Notes: generated from the sequence alone by a model not told the origin. Counted from the stretch's first letter, positions 16,390 through 25,623 are shown. The stretch is DNA of 27,696 nt from Planctomycetota bacterium (GCA_050248855.1 JBFWRP010000041.1:1-27696); one strand, 5' to 3'. Numbers and translations: made by a program.

Positions 16390-18624
16390 CTAGCGCGCCA
16401 GCGTGGACGCCCGCTTGGCGAGGTCGACGAAAGCCCCGCGTTCGGCGTCGTTGCCGGCCGCGGGAGCCAGCAGCTCCAGCGCGCCGTCGGCGCCGAAGCG
16501 GACGGCGCTCGGTTCGCGTCGGAGCCAGGCGCCGAAGGCGGCAACGCCCGCGGCCCATTGCACGTCCGCGTCGCCCTGTGCGTAGCCGAGCCCCGTGTCG
16601 AACAGGTCCCCCTCGACGAGGGTGCTGTCCGTCGCGGTCGGCGCCTTGGCGCGCAGACGCCAGCGCAGGACCGGCGCGTCCTCGCCGTCTGCCCGCGCCG
16701 CACGACGCGTCTCCTCGTCGTTCGGCTGCGGGGCGGCGACGAAGGGGTTCTCGTCGGGCTCGACCGGCATCCCCACACCCGCGGGGATGATCTCGTAGAG
16801 CGCCGTCACTTCGTGACCGGCGCCGACGTCGCCGGCGTCCTTCTGGTCGTTGCTGAAGTCGGCCTTCGCCAGGCGGCGGTTGGCATAGCCCAGCAGGCGC
16901 CAGGCACCCACGCGTTCGGGGTTGAAGAACACCTGCACCTTGGCGTCCTTGGCCACGGGGATCAGCGTGCCGACGACGCCCTCGACGAGCACCTTCTGCG
17001 ACTCGGCGATGGTGTCCAGGTACGCGTACGTGCCGTTGCCGCGGTTGCTCAGGCGCTCCAGGCGTGCGTCCTTGACGTTGCCCATGCCCATGCCGAACAC
17101 GCTCAGCCAGACGCCCGTCGAGGCCTCCTGGGCGATCAAGGCCTCGAGCTGGTCGTTGTCGCTGACGCCGACGTTGAAGTCACCGTCGGTGAGGAGGAGC
17201 ACCCGGCGCACGGCGCCTTGCGCGTCGGCGAACGCACGAGCCTGCTCGTAGGCGAGCTGGAGCCCGCCCGCCCCATTGGTGCTGCCGCCCGCCGAGAGCG
17301 CGTCGATCGCGGCCTGGATCGTCTCGCGGTCCGCGCCGGACGTGCTGGGCAACACGACCCGCGCCTGGTTGGCGTAGGCCACGATGGCGATGCGGTCGTC
17401 AGCGCGCAGTCGCGAGAGGAGCAGCGTCAAGGTGTGCTTGGCCAGCGGCAGACGATCGTCTCGCTTCATCGAGCCCGACACGTCGACCAGGAAGACGAGG
17501 TGGACGGGCGGACGCTTGGCCTCCTCGATCTCGCGCGCCTTGATGCCGAGGCGTACCAGACGGTGCGTGTCGTCCCACGGGCACGCCACGACGCTCGCAT
17601 GCATGCGCAGCGGAAACGCATCGTCGGGCTGCGGCGGTGCGTAGCCGTAGTCGAAGGCGTTCAACAGCTCCTCGATGCGGACGGCGTCCGCGGGCGGGAG
17701 GCGACCCTCGCGCACCATGCGACGCACGATGGCGAGCGACGCCGTGTCCACGTCCATCGAGAACGTGCTCGTGTGCTCCTGGTCCACGCTTCGCCAGCCC
17801 GGATCGACGATGGTCTCGAAGTCGTCGCCGGTGGAGGGCCGGGGCGTGGGCAGGTCGATGTCGGTCTCGACGATGTGCAGGCGCGCCAACCGGGAGCGCA
17901 GCAGCACCTCCTCGGGCTTGCCCTGGAGCCCGGGGGTGACGCCGCCAGCTTCGCCGCCACCGACGACGAGCGGGTTGGCCGGGTCCCCGAAGGGCGTCGT
18001 CGCGAGCTCGACCTTCGGCCGCACCACCCCGGTGGGGCCGACCCGGGCGACGAACACCTGCGGCCCGGACGGGGGGGCAATCGGGAGGGGAACGGGCGCG
18101 GTGCCCGGGCCCTCGAAGCTGGCTCCCCGATCCCTCGACGCAAGCTCGCGAAGCCGGTCTGCAACAGCTCGGCTCTCACCCGAGGGCAGGCGACCCGTTT
18201 CGGTCATCAGGGGCGTGCCGACGTCCGCCGGGGTCGGCGTCGACATGGGGGTCCTTGCCGACCTCCCGGGAACGGCCTCGAGACGGGCGACTTCGAGAGC
18301 GCTGCGGGTCGACTCGCGGGGACGCCGCGAGCTCGCGTCCACCGCCCACCACAGCGTCGCCGCGGCCAGCGCAGCCGCCGCGGCACGATGCCAGGCGAAC
18401 CGCGAGGCGACGACGGGGCCCGCCTGCGGCACGGAGGCAGGCGCGGCCAGCGCGGGGTGCTCCCGGAGAGCCTGGGTGACGGGGCCCAGGAGGCTCCGCA
18501 GGCCCTCGACCTCGTCGGCCAGCGCAGGGTCGCCACGCAGCTCGGCCTCGAAGGCGTCACGGTCGGCGCCGGACAGCTCGTCCAGCACGTACGCGGTCAC
18601 GCGGGGGTCGTCGTCCGGGTTCAT
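16390..18624 (-). CDS. Putative membrane-spanning anti-sigma factor with YfbK-like VWA/DUF3520 domains
   Basis: 744 aa. N-terminus DPRVTAYVLDELSGADRDAFEAEL is anti-sigma-like and is followed by a TM segment. Then STFSMDVDTAS...VRIEELLNAFDY, MIDAS LVDVSGSM, LLTDGDFNVG and DFSNDQKDAGDVGAGHEVTALYEI. ATGA overlap with the sigma gene. Confidence 0.88.
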   Translation of the reverse strand: MNPDDDPRVTAYVLDELSGADRDAFEAELRGDPALADEVEGLRSLLGPVTQALREHPALAAPASVPQAGPVVASRFAWHRAAAAALAAATLWWAVDASSRRPRESTRSALEVARLEAVPGRSARTPMSTPTPADVGTPLMTETGRLPSGESRAVADRLRELASRDRGASFEGPGTAPVPLPIAPPSGPQVFVARVGPTGVVRPKVELATTPFGDPANPLVVGGGEAGGVTPGLQGKPEEVLLRSRLARLHIVETDIDLPTPRPSTGDDFETIVDPGWRSVDQEHTSTFSMDVDTASLAIVRRMVREGRLPPADAVRIEELLNAFDYGYAPPQPDDAFPLRMHASVVACPWDDTHRLVRLGIKAREIEEAKRPPVHLVFLVDVSGSMKRDDRLPLAKHTLTLLLSRLRADDRIAIVAYANQARVVLPSTSGADRETIQAAIDALSAGGSTNGAGGLQLAYEQARAFADAQGAVRRVLLLTDGDFNVGVSDNDQLEALIAQEASTGVWLSVFGMGMGNVKDARLERLSNRGNGTYAYLDTIAESQKVLVEGVVGTLIPVAKDAKVQVFFNPERVGAWRLLGYANRRLAKADFSNDQKDAGDVGAGHEVTALYEIIPAGVGMPVEPDENPFVAAPQPNDEETRRAARADGEDAPVLRWRLRAKAPTATDSTLVEGDLFDTGLGYAQGDADVQWAAGVAAFGAWLRREPSAVRFGADGALELLAPAAGNDAERGAFVDLAKRASTLAR

Positions 18625-19166
18625 CGTGCGGTCCTCCCGATCGGGGTGGGGGCGAGCGCGGCGTCCATCCAAGAGCGGAGGGTGCGCAGCGCGTGATGGA
18701 GGCGGTAGCCGACGTTGCCGGCGCTCATGCCGGTGACGTCGGCGATCTCGGCGTAGGGGAGCCCGGCCACGAGCCGCAGGTGGAGCAGCTCCTGGTCCAC
18801 GGGGGCCAGGCGGCGGATGAGCCGTGCGGCCAGCGCCGCGTCGTCGGCCGCGGCGACGTGGGCTTCCGGCGGGGCCTCGCGCGTCGGCAGCGTCGATGCG
18901 GAGGCGTCGGTGAGCACGTGCATGCGTCCCTCCTTGCGCAGCGTGTCCACCACGCGGTGACGGCAGCAGCGGTAGAGCCAGTTCACGACGTGGTCGCCCA
19001 CGTCCGGCGGGGGCGTCCTCACGAAGCGCAGGAAGGTCTCCTGCACGGCGTCGTCGGCCGCCGCCGCGCAGCCCAGGAGGCGCAGGGCGTAGCGCCGGAG
19101 CGCGTCCCCATGGGCACGGACGACCGTTTCGTGCCAGGCGCTGGTCGAGGGCGGAGGTCCGTGCAC
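18621..19166 (-). CDS. ECF RNA polymerase sigma factor
   Basis: 181 aa, GTG start after AAGGAG. Region 2 ADDAVQETFLR...WLYRCCRHRVVDTLRK, and region 4 GLPYAEIADVTGMSAGNVGYRLHHALRTLR. Confidence 0.95.
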   Translation of the reverse strand: MHGPPPSTSAWHETVVRAHGDALRRYALRLLGCAAAADDAVQETFLRFVRTPPPDVGDHVVNWLYRCCRHRVVDTLRKEGRMHVLTDASASTLPTREAPPEAHVAAADDAALAARLIRRLAPVDQELLHLRLVAGLPYAEIADVTGMSAGNVGYRLHHALRTLRSWMDAALAPTPIGRTAR

Positions 19167-19198
19167 CGGGTGGCGTCTCCTTGCCTGGGGATACGTGC

Positions 19199-19225
19199 CA
19201 GACCCCGCGATCTTGGGGCGGTTCC
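19199..19225 (-). promoter_or_regulatory. Candidate ECF promoter GGAAC-N17-GTCTG for the sigma operon
   Basis: The minus strand reads GGAAC cgccccaagatcgcggg GTCTG, ending 32 nt upstream of the GTG start. Confidence 0.45.
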
Positions 19226-19325
19226 CCGGGATGCGCCGAGGAGGGCCGCCGCCGGGGGGGCCTGGGGGGCGGGCGCACGTGCGCGCCGGGCGGGCGCTTT
19301 CGCGTAGGGTCTTCCCCGGAGCACG

Positions 19326-19350
19326 GCAACCCGGCGGCCTGGACCGGGTT
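19326..19350 (+). promoter_or_regulatory. Candidate ECF promoter GCAAC-N17-GTT for the divergent gene
   Basis: GCAAC ccggcggcctggaccgg GTT, ending 25 nt upstream of ATG 19376. Confidence 0.45.
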
Positions 19351-19375
19351 CCAGCCTCCTCGGACCGGAGGTCCC

Positions 19376-20170
19376 ATGAAGCTTCTGCCCATCCTGCTCG
19401 TCAACGTGGCCACGGTCGGCGCGGGCATCGCGATCTACGACCAAGTCGTGCGCCCCGCGGCTCCGGGCGCGGCGCAGGAGGTGCTCGTGGGCACCCACGG
19501 CGCCACGGACGTGCTCAGCGCACGCCTGGACGCCCTCGAGCAGCGTGGCCCCTCGCTGAGCGCCACGCCCCGCCCCGGTCTGGACCGCCAGCAGGTCCTC
19601 GAGCTCCTGCGCGCCGAGCTGGCCCGCGGCGGCTCGCCCGTTCCGGCCCCGTCGTCGGGCGGGACCGCCGACCCCGAGGTGATCCCCGGCCTGCCCGAGG
19701 GGCTGACCCTCGACGATCTCCCGGAGGACCTCGCCGACGCCTACGCGGATCCGAACCTCACGCAGTTCCGCGCCATGTACGAGAAGGTGCAGGCCATGGA
19801 GCGGGCGGAGCGCGAAGCCGAGCGCGAGCGCGAGCAGACCGCCCGCATGAACCAGCGCCTGGACGAGCTGCAGATCGGCCTGTCGTCCGACCAGAAGGGC
19901 GAAGTGCTCGCGGCGGCCAAGGCCATGCGCGACGCGCGTCGCGATCTGTTCGCGAAGATGCGCACCGGCGAAGTGGATCGCGAGGCCATGCGCGCCGCGA
20001 TGGAGAAGCAGCGCAACGACCTCGTGACCGCCATCGAGCGCGTCGTGCCCAACAGCGACGACGCCCAGAAGGTGGCTGCAATCGTCGGTGGCGGGCGTGG
20101 CATGGCCTTCGGCGCGGCGGACGACGGCGGCGGGTTCAGTGCGGGCGGCGCGCGCCCACGTCGCCGCTGA
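19376..20170 (+). CDS. Membrane-anchored helical protein with Spy/CpxP-like C-terminal region
   Basis: GGAGG SD and an N-terminal hydrophobic anchor. Coiled coil, LSSDQ (LTxxQ-like) motif followed by Met/Arg-rich helices, and a Gly-rich tail. 264 aa. Confidence 0.7.
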   Translation: MKLLPILLVNVATVGAGIAIYDQVVRPAAPGAAQEVLVGTHGATDVLSARLDALEQRGPSLSATPRPGLDRQQVLELLRAELARGGSPVPAPSSGGTADPEVIPGLPEGLTLDDLPEDLADAYADPNLTQFRAMYEKVQAMERAEREAEREREQTARMNQRLDELQIGLSSDQKGEVLAAAKAMRDARRDLFAKMRTGEVDREAMRAAMEKQRNDLVTAIERVVPNSDDAQKVAAIVGGGRGMAFGAADDGGGFSAGGARPRRR

Positions 20171-20204
20171 CCTCCAGCGGACCCTCGAATGGGTCTCGGC
20201 TTGA

Positions 20205-20693
20205 CTACGCGAGGCGCGTCGCGCCGCCGGCCTGGCGCTCGCGAAGCGTCTTGACGGCGCCTTCGATCGTGGGGTTGGAGATCCCCAGGATCTGGGCGGC
20301 CAAGATGGCGGCGTTCTTCGCACCGGCTTTGCCGATGGCCAGCGTGCCCACGGGCACGCCGCCGGGCATCTGGGCGATCGAGAGGAGAGCGTCCATGCCC
20401 TCCGTGGCCCAGCCCTTCATGGGCACGCCCAGCACGGGCCGCGCGGTGAGGCTGGCCAGCACGCCGGGCAGGTGGGCGGCACCACCTGCGGCGCCGATGA
20501 ACACCTTCACGCCGCGCTTCTCGGCGTCACCGACGAACGCATGGAGTGCCGACGGCTGACGGTGCGCACTGATGGCGTGACACTCGTGGGGGACGCCCAG
20601 CTCGTTCAGCATCGAGCTGCAGTGCTGCATCGTTTCCCAGTCGGACGTCGAGCCCATGAGGACGGCAACGAGCGGTGCGGGTGCTTGCGACAT
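20205..20693 (-). CDS. purE: N5-carboxyaminoimidazole ribonucleotide mutase (class I PurE)
   Basis: VLMGSTSDW, ISAHR, AGGAAHLPG, PVLGVP, LLSIAQMPGGVPVGT, GAKNAA. Confidence 0.97.
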   Translation of the reverse strand: MSQAPAPLVAVLMGSTSDWETMQHCSSMLNELGVPHECHAISAHRQPSALHAFVGDAEKRGVKVFIGAAGGAAHLPGVLASLTARPVLGVPMKGWATEGMDALLSIAQMPGGVPVGTLAIGKAGAKNAAILAAQILGISNPTIEGAVKTLRERQAGGATRLA

Positions 20694-20739
20694 GGATCCT
20701 CCAACGGTTGGCGCAGCCTACACGTCCCCGCGTTTCCGA

Positions 20740-21585
20740 TCACTCGAAGACGCGACCGATGTCCGAGCTTGCAGGGGTCACCGACGATGCCTCGGCGAGA
20801 GCGGCGACCACCCATCCCACGACCACCACGGGCAAGACATGCCCCAGAGCCAGCGCGACCGGGGACGTCTCGGCAACGGACGTCCTGTACACGCAGCTGG
20901 CTCGCCAGATCACGGCAGCCATGCAGCCGCTTGCGAGCACCCAGGCGAGCACGAAGCGCGCGAGTCGCAGGGGGAACGCGTAGGGGCGCGGTCCGGGCGC
21001 GAGCCGTCGGGCCGCCCACCCCAGCCACGACGCGCCCATGACCGCTGCGGGCACCGTCGCGATCAAGAACGCCACGACGCCGCCAACGATCAAGCCGGCC
21101 CGCGAAGGCTCGCGCCCGAAGCCCCCCGGACTCAGGACGAACAAGGCACCGAAGGCGCCGAAGGCACAGGTCCCCACGAGGGCTGCGCCGTAGCCGAAGC
21201 TCCCGGCCCAGCGCGAGTCCGATCCCCGGGCAGGCGGCTCCATGTACCGACGGGCGCTGGCGCGGGCAACCCACGTGGCTCCGAGCACGAAGACGACTCC
21301 GTACGCCGCAGCCAGGGCGAGGACCTCCAGGAAGATCCAGGCGTTTCGCACCCTGTGTTCGCCTGGGGGATGCAGGAACAGGCGCATCACCAGGTCCAGC
21401 ACCAGCGCGGCGACCAGACCGCGCGCCAGCACATGCAGCGGGTGCCGCACGAGCGCACGCGGAAGGCTAGTCAGCACGCGCCACAGCCCCGCCCACCCCT
21501 CCGGCGCCTCCCCGTCGACGTGGCGGGAGCGCTGGCTGACGGTGCCCGGGGCGACCGTCCTGGGCTGACCTCCGACGTGAGTCAT
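20740..21585 (-). CDS. Hypothetical polytopic membrane protein
   Basis: 281 aa with about 6 hydrophobic segments. The start is uncertain and no recognisable motif is present. Confidence 0.5.
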   Translation of the reverse strand: MTHVGGQPRTVAPGTVSQRSRHVDGEAPEGWAGLWRVLTSLPRALVRHPLHVLARGLVAALVLDLVMRLFLHPPGEHRVRNAWIFLEVLALAAAYGVVFVLGATWVARASARRYMEPPARGSDSRWAGSFGYGAALVGTCAFGAFGALFVLSPGGFGREPSRAGLIVGGVVAFLIATVPAAVMGASWLGWAARRLAPGPRPYAFPLRLARFVLAWVLASGCMAAVIWRASCVYRTSVAETSPVALALGHVLPVVVVGWVVAALAEASSVTPASSDIGRVFE

Positions 21586-21640
21586 TGCCCCGAGGCTACC
21601 GCCCCCGCGACCCGGGCGCCGCTCGGGCGGGTCGAGCGCG

Positions 21641-23332
21641 TCAGCTGCCCGTCGGGTACGTCACCGTCCAGGTGCCGTCGCGCGCCACGTCGGAGTGCTC
21701 GGTGACGGTGCCGTCGGGCCAGCGGATCGAGATCGAGGCGATGTCGGACTCGCCGAGGCCGAAGTGCAGGGCCGTGTCCTCGGTGGCGCCGAGGCTCGAG
21801 CCGCACTTGACCTCCTGCATGCGCACCACGCCGTCCGTGCGGGTCAGCGTGACGCGTGTGCCGATGGCATCGCGGTTGACGGGGCCGCCACCTACGCAGC
21901 GCACGGCCAGCCAGTGCCGCGCGGGCGCCGCCGGGTCGGCCAGTCCCTCGTTGCGATAGAGGAAGTAGCCCTCGTCGTGGTTGCCCACGATGAAGTCGAG
22001 GTAGCCGTCCTGGTCGTAGTCGCACGCGGCGATGCCCATGGTGCGCCCCGCATCGCCCGCACCGCTCTCGGCGGTGACGTCTTCGAAGGTCCCGTCGCCG
22101 CCGCCCAGCCAGAAGTGGCTCGGGCCGTTGGAGGCCGCGAGGTAGAGGTCCAGGTCGCCGTCGTTGTTCCAGTCCGAGAGCGAGAGGCCCCAGCTGTAGC
22201 AGGGGCAGGTCACGCCCGAGGGGACGCTGATGTCCGCGAAGGCCAAGCCACCGTCGTTGCGGAACAACCACATCGTCCCGCCGTCGGAGTGCGCGACGTC
22301 CAGGTCGAGGTCGCCGTCCACGTCGCCCATCGCGATGCCCATGCCCAGGACGCGCGTGTCGAGTCCCGCAGCCACCGCCATCTCGGTGAAGACCCAGCCG
22401 TCTTGGCTGGGGCCATCGTTGCGGAAGAAGACGTTGCGGTTCGTCGGCTGGGCATCCGGGCCCGGGTAGCCCTTGTCGTTGATCACGTAGAGGTCCGGAT
22501 CCCCGTCGTCGTCCCAGTCCGCCCAGCCGCCGATGAACCCGAAGCCCGTCAGCAGCGGGAGCCCCAGGCGCTCGCTGACGTCCGTGAACGTGCCGTCGCC
22601 TTCGTTGTGGAACAGCCGGTCCTGGGCCTCCAACCACCAATCCGGGTTCTCGACGCCGTCGAGGCAGTCCGAACAGCCCCAGTTGGCGACGTAGAGGTCC
22701 AGGAAGCCGTCGCCGTCGTAGTCGGCCGCCGAGGCGCTGTAGCCGCGACCGATGTCTTCCACGCCGGCCGTGATCTCCTGGAACCCCGCTCCCCCCACGT
22801 TGCGGAACAGGACGTTCGGGCCCCAGTTGGTGACGTACAGGTCGCGCCAGCCGTCGTTGTCGAAGTCGAGCCAAAGTGCGCCGCCGCTCCAGCGCGATCC
22901 GCAGGCCACGTCGCTCGAGTAGGCGGAGACTTCGAACGTGCCATCGCCCTTGTTGCGGTACAGGCGGTTGTCGCCGACGGCCGTGGTCAGGTAGAGGTCG
23001 ACGTGCCCGTCGTTGTCGTAGTCGGCCCAGGCCTGGCCCGTCAGCTCGTAGTCCGTGACCACGTCGGGAGGCTTGACGTGCGCCATCGCGATGCCCGACG
23101 CGGCAGCGATCTCGGTGAACGTCACGAGCCCGGGAATGGCCGGCGGGGGAGGAGGCGGGGGGGGCGGGGGAGGAGGCGGCGGCGCCTCGTCCTCCGGCGG
23201 AAGCGGATCGGGGCTGGGGGCGGAGCCGCCGCCGCATCCCGGTGCACCGCCGAGGGCGAGGGCAAGCATGGCGAGCCACGCGAGCGCCCTGCGGCGCCAA
23301 AGGGCGCGAAGGTCGGGAGGCCGGGTGCTCAT
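21641..23332 (-). CDS. CRTAC1-family lipoprotein (FG-GAP/VCBS repeats + ASPIC/UnbV domain)
   Basis: Lipobox-like APGC and a poly-Pro linker. Seven DxD/NxDGxxD Ca-binding repeats (ADYDNDGHVDLY etc.). C-terminal NRDAIGTRV...QEVKCGSS...LHFGLG...IRWPDG. Confidence 0.92.
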   Translation of the reverse strand: MSTRPPDLRALWRRRALAWLAMLALALGGAPGCGGGSAPSPDPLPPEDEAPPPPPPPPPPPPPPAIPGLVTFTEIAAASGIAMAHVKPPDVVTDYELTGQAWADYDNDGHVDLYLTTAVGDNRLYRNKGDGTFEVSAYSSDVACGSRWSGGALWLDFDNDGWRDLYVTNWGPNVLFRNVGGAGFQEITAGVEDIGRGYSASAADYDGDGFLDLYVANWGCSDCLDGVENPDWWLEAQDRLFHNEGDGTFTDVSERLGLPLLTGFGFIGGWADWDDDGDPDLYVINDKGYPGPDAQPTNRNVFFRNDGPSQDGWVFTEMAVAAGLDTRVLGMGIAMGDVDGDLDLDVAHSDGGTMWLFRNDGGLAFADISVPSGVTCPCYSWGLSLSDWNNDGDLDLYLAASNGPSHFWLGGGDGTFEDVTAESGAGDAGRTMGIAACDYDQDGYLDFIVGNHDEGYFLYRNEGLADPAAPARHWLAVRCVGGGPVNRDAIGTRVTLTRTDGVVRMQEVKCGSSLGATEDTALHFGLGESDIASISIRWPDGTVTEHSDVARDGTWTVTYPTGS

Positions 23333-23474
23333 GGGCACGTCCTTCCCCACCCCCACGGCGTCACGGCGCTTCCGTGCGACCTGTCCGGGGTCGCGGCGCG
23401 CGCCTGCCGCCGGACGGGCAGGCGCGCACGGGGCCGTGCGCCCTTCGGGCGGGTGGGAGTCCGAAGGCTCTTGA

Positions 23475-25460
23475 TCAGTTGCTGGCCCAGTCGAAGCCGC
23501 CGCTGGCGGCCGGGTAGTAGAGGATCCAGCCGCCGGTCCCGAGGTCGGGGGCGGTGAGGATCTCGTTGGGGGCGATGCCCGTCCCGAAGGTGGCGTTCGA
23601 GGGGTGGTTCACGTTGCTCCAGTCCGTGGTCTGGGACGTGGAACCCGCACCCGGACTGACACCGATCAAGCCACCGCTGTTCAGCGACGCACCGTTGTAG
23701 ACGTAGTCGACACGGCCAGTCTGGTACATGTGGATCTGCATGCTGATGGTGCCGGTGCCATTGAAGTCGGCACTGTTGTTCCAGCTGAGGACGCCCCGGT
23801 CGGAGTGGGCCGTCGTGTTCCAGAAGAAGGTGCTGCTGTTCGGGCTCAAGTCACCCCAGAAGGGGGCCAGTCGCGCCGGCGCGGCCGTGAACTCGGTCGT
23901 GCTGGGGGTGAAGTCCGTGGACCCGCCGCCGAAGCTGAACGAGCCGTTGCTGTTGGCGAAGCCCGTCGAGTAGCTCGTCCCGTAGTAGGGGAAGGTGAAC
24001 CCACCCGCGAAGCTGACGCTGGTCGCCGAGTCGTCCGAGACGCCGGAGATGGTGCCGCTCAGCGCGCTGGAGCTCCACGCGGGGAGCGTGACGGGCGGCA
24101 GCTTGGTGACGGTCCATACGTTGCCGGCGGAACCCGTGGTCGCCCCACTGGGGAAGAGCAGCGAGACACCGCCGGAGGCCGTCCCACTGGCCAGCGGATC
24201 GGCGAAGGTTCCGCTGAGGGCGGTGTTCGACACGACCGTGCCCGTGGCCATGAACGTGGCCGACGTCCCGTTGTTGAAGGGCGTGCCCGCGGAGGCCGTG
24301 AACGTCACGATGACCGAGGCGCCCGGCGACCCGAAGTTCTGCCCGATGATCGAGAACGAGGTGTTGGGCCCCGCCGTCTGCCAGGGGTTGAGGCTGCCGC
24401 TCGAGAACGAGCTGGGCGAGAACGAGGTGAACTGCGGAGGCGGCACGAACTGCACGAGCGGCGTGGCGCTGATAGCCGTGGAACCGCCCTGCAGCGTCAC
24501 GCGGACGTAGGCCAAGCCCGCCACGCTGGGGTTGAGGGGTGGCGTCGTGCCGTCGATCTCGGTCGGGCCGATGACGGTGCCCGGGAAGCTCACCGTGGAC
24601 GACGTGCCGCCGAAGAACGGCGTACCCGTGACGGCCTCGAGCGTGATCGTGGCCGTGCTGCCGGGGGGGGCGTAGGCGGTGCCCGTGACGGTGAAGGGGA
24701 CCATCTGGCCGCCGGGAATCGTGCTGGGCGAGAACGCCACGACCGTGGGGATCGGGATCCAGTGCACGAGCGGGCCGCTGGAGGAGATCTGTGCGCCGTC
24801 GGGCAAGATCACCGTGACGGTGGCATCGGTGTCGAACGCCACCTGGCCATCCGGGAACAGGCCCGTGATGGTGGTGTCGTTCTCCACGGTGCCGATCGTG
24901 GTGATGCTGGCCGAGGAGCCACCTGCGAAGGGGGTCCCGGCGATCGAGGTGAACCGCACCGTGACGAGGCCGAGCGGGGGCTGGAAACCCTGGCCCGTGA
25001 TGGTGAAGGGCGGCGTGACGCCCGAGCTGACGCTCGGCGGCGTCATGCCGAGGATCTGCTGGAAGACGATGTTGGTGACGGGGCCGTCCGACGCGATGAC
25101 GCTGCCGTCGGCGAGGATCACCTCGACGGTGGCGTCCACGTCCGCGTTGGCGAACGAGGCCGGCGCCGTACCGCGGACCTGGGAGTCGCTGTCCACCGTG
25201 GCCTCGGTCTGGAAGGTGGCCGACGTGCCGTTGGCGAACGGGGTGCCGGCGGTGGCCGTGAAGCGGACGGTCACCTTGGACTTGCGGGCCCCGAAGCCCT
25301 TGCCAAGGATGCGCAGGGCGGAGCTGCCGTTGGAGTAGAGGGTGGTGGGCTGGAACAGCGTGATGCCTGGGCCTTGCGCCACGGCGCCGTGACTCCCGCA
25401 GCCGGCCGTCGAGGCCAACACTGCAGCGGCGATCATCAGGCTCGTCAGGACTCGGACCAT
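23475..25460 (-). CDS. Surface lipoprotein with four IPT/TIG-like repeats and a nidogen (NIDO)-like C-terminal domain
   Basis: 661 aa from MVRVLT (GGAG SD) with lipobox TAGC. Four ~105-aa repeats, each containing GTPFxxGxS. C-terminal DDSATSV..FTFPYYGTSY..NSNGSFSF..LAPFWGDL. Confidence 0.82.
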   Translation of the reverse strand: MVRVLTSLMIAAAVLASTAGCGSHGAVAQGPGITLFQPTTLYSNGSSALRILGKGFGARKSKVTVRFTATAGTPFANGTSATFQTEATVDSDSQVRGTAPASFANADVDATVEVILADGSVIASDGPVTNIVFQQILGMTPPSVSSGVTPPFTITGQGFQPPLGLVTVRFTSIAGTPFAGGSSASITTIGTVENDTTITGLFPDGQVAFDTDATVTVILPDGAQISSSGPLVHWIPIPTVVAFSPSTIPGGQMVPFTVTGTAYAPPGSTATITLEAVTGTPFFGGTSSTVSFPGTVIGPTEIDGTTPPLNPSVAGLAYVRVTLQGGSTAISATPLVQFVPPPQFTSFSPSSFSSGSLNPWQTAGPNTSFSIIGQNFGSPGASVIVTFTASAGTPFNNGTSATFMATGTVVSNTALSGTFADPLASGTASGGVSLLFPSGATTGSAGNVWTVTKLPPVTLPAWSSSALSGTISGVSDDSATSVSFAGGFTFPYYGTSYSTGFANSNGSFSFGGGSTDFTPSTTEFTAAPARLAPFWGDLSPNSSTFFWNTTAHSDRGVLSWNNSADFNGTGTISMQIHMYQTGRVDYVYNGASLNSGGLIGVSPGAGSTSQTTDWSNVNHPSNATFGTGIAPNEILTAPDLGTGGWILYYPAASGGFDWASN

Positions 25461-25623
25461 GTGGACTCCCTTCGAGACGGTGCGGGCATGCGTCCGCACC
25501 GGCTCGCGTACCCCGCCTCGGCAGGGCGACCGTGAACCATCCCAAGCCCCCAGAGAGTAGCGCTAGGGCCCCCGCCGTTCCAGCGCCCGCAGCGGTTGGC
25601 GAAAAACCAAGCCGGGCGAGGGC

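Noticed and set aside
20205..20693. purE without adjacent purK
   Set aside because: Split pur genes are common, and absence cannot be judged from one window.
25490..25535. c-di-GMP-I (GEMM) riboswitch resemblance
   Set aside because: It lacks the conserved GGCAAAC, GNRA tetraloop and GACGCAAAGC elements. The likeness is only superficial.
343..25545. Many long overlapping ORFs in the track (e.g. 343-2403, 1539-3311, 3315-5141, 14754-16790, 16558-18696, 21695-23557, 23604-25535)
   Set aside because: They are antisense or off-frame shadows of well-supported genes. Their Arg/Gly/Pro-rich composition is typical of high-GC DNA with few stops.
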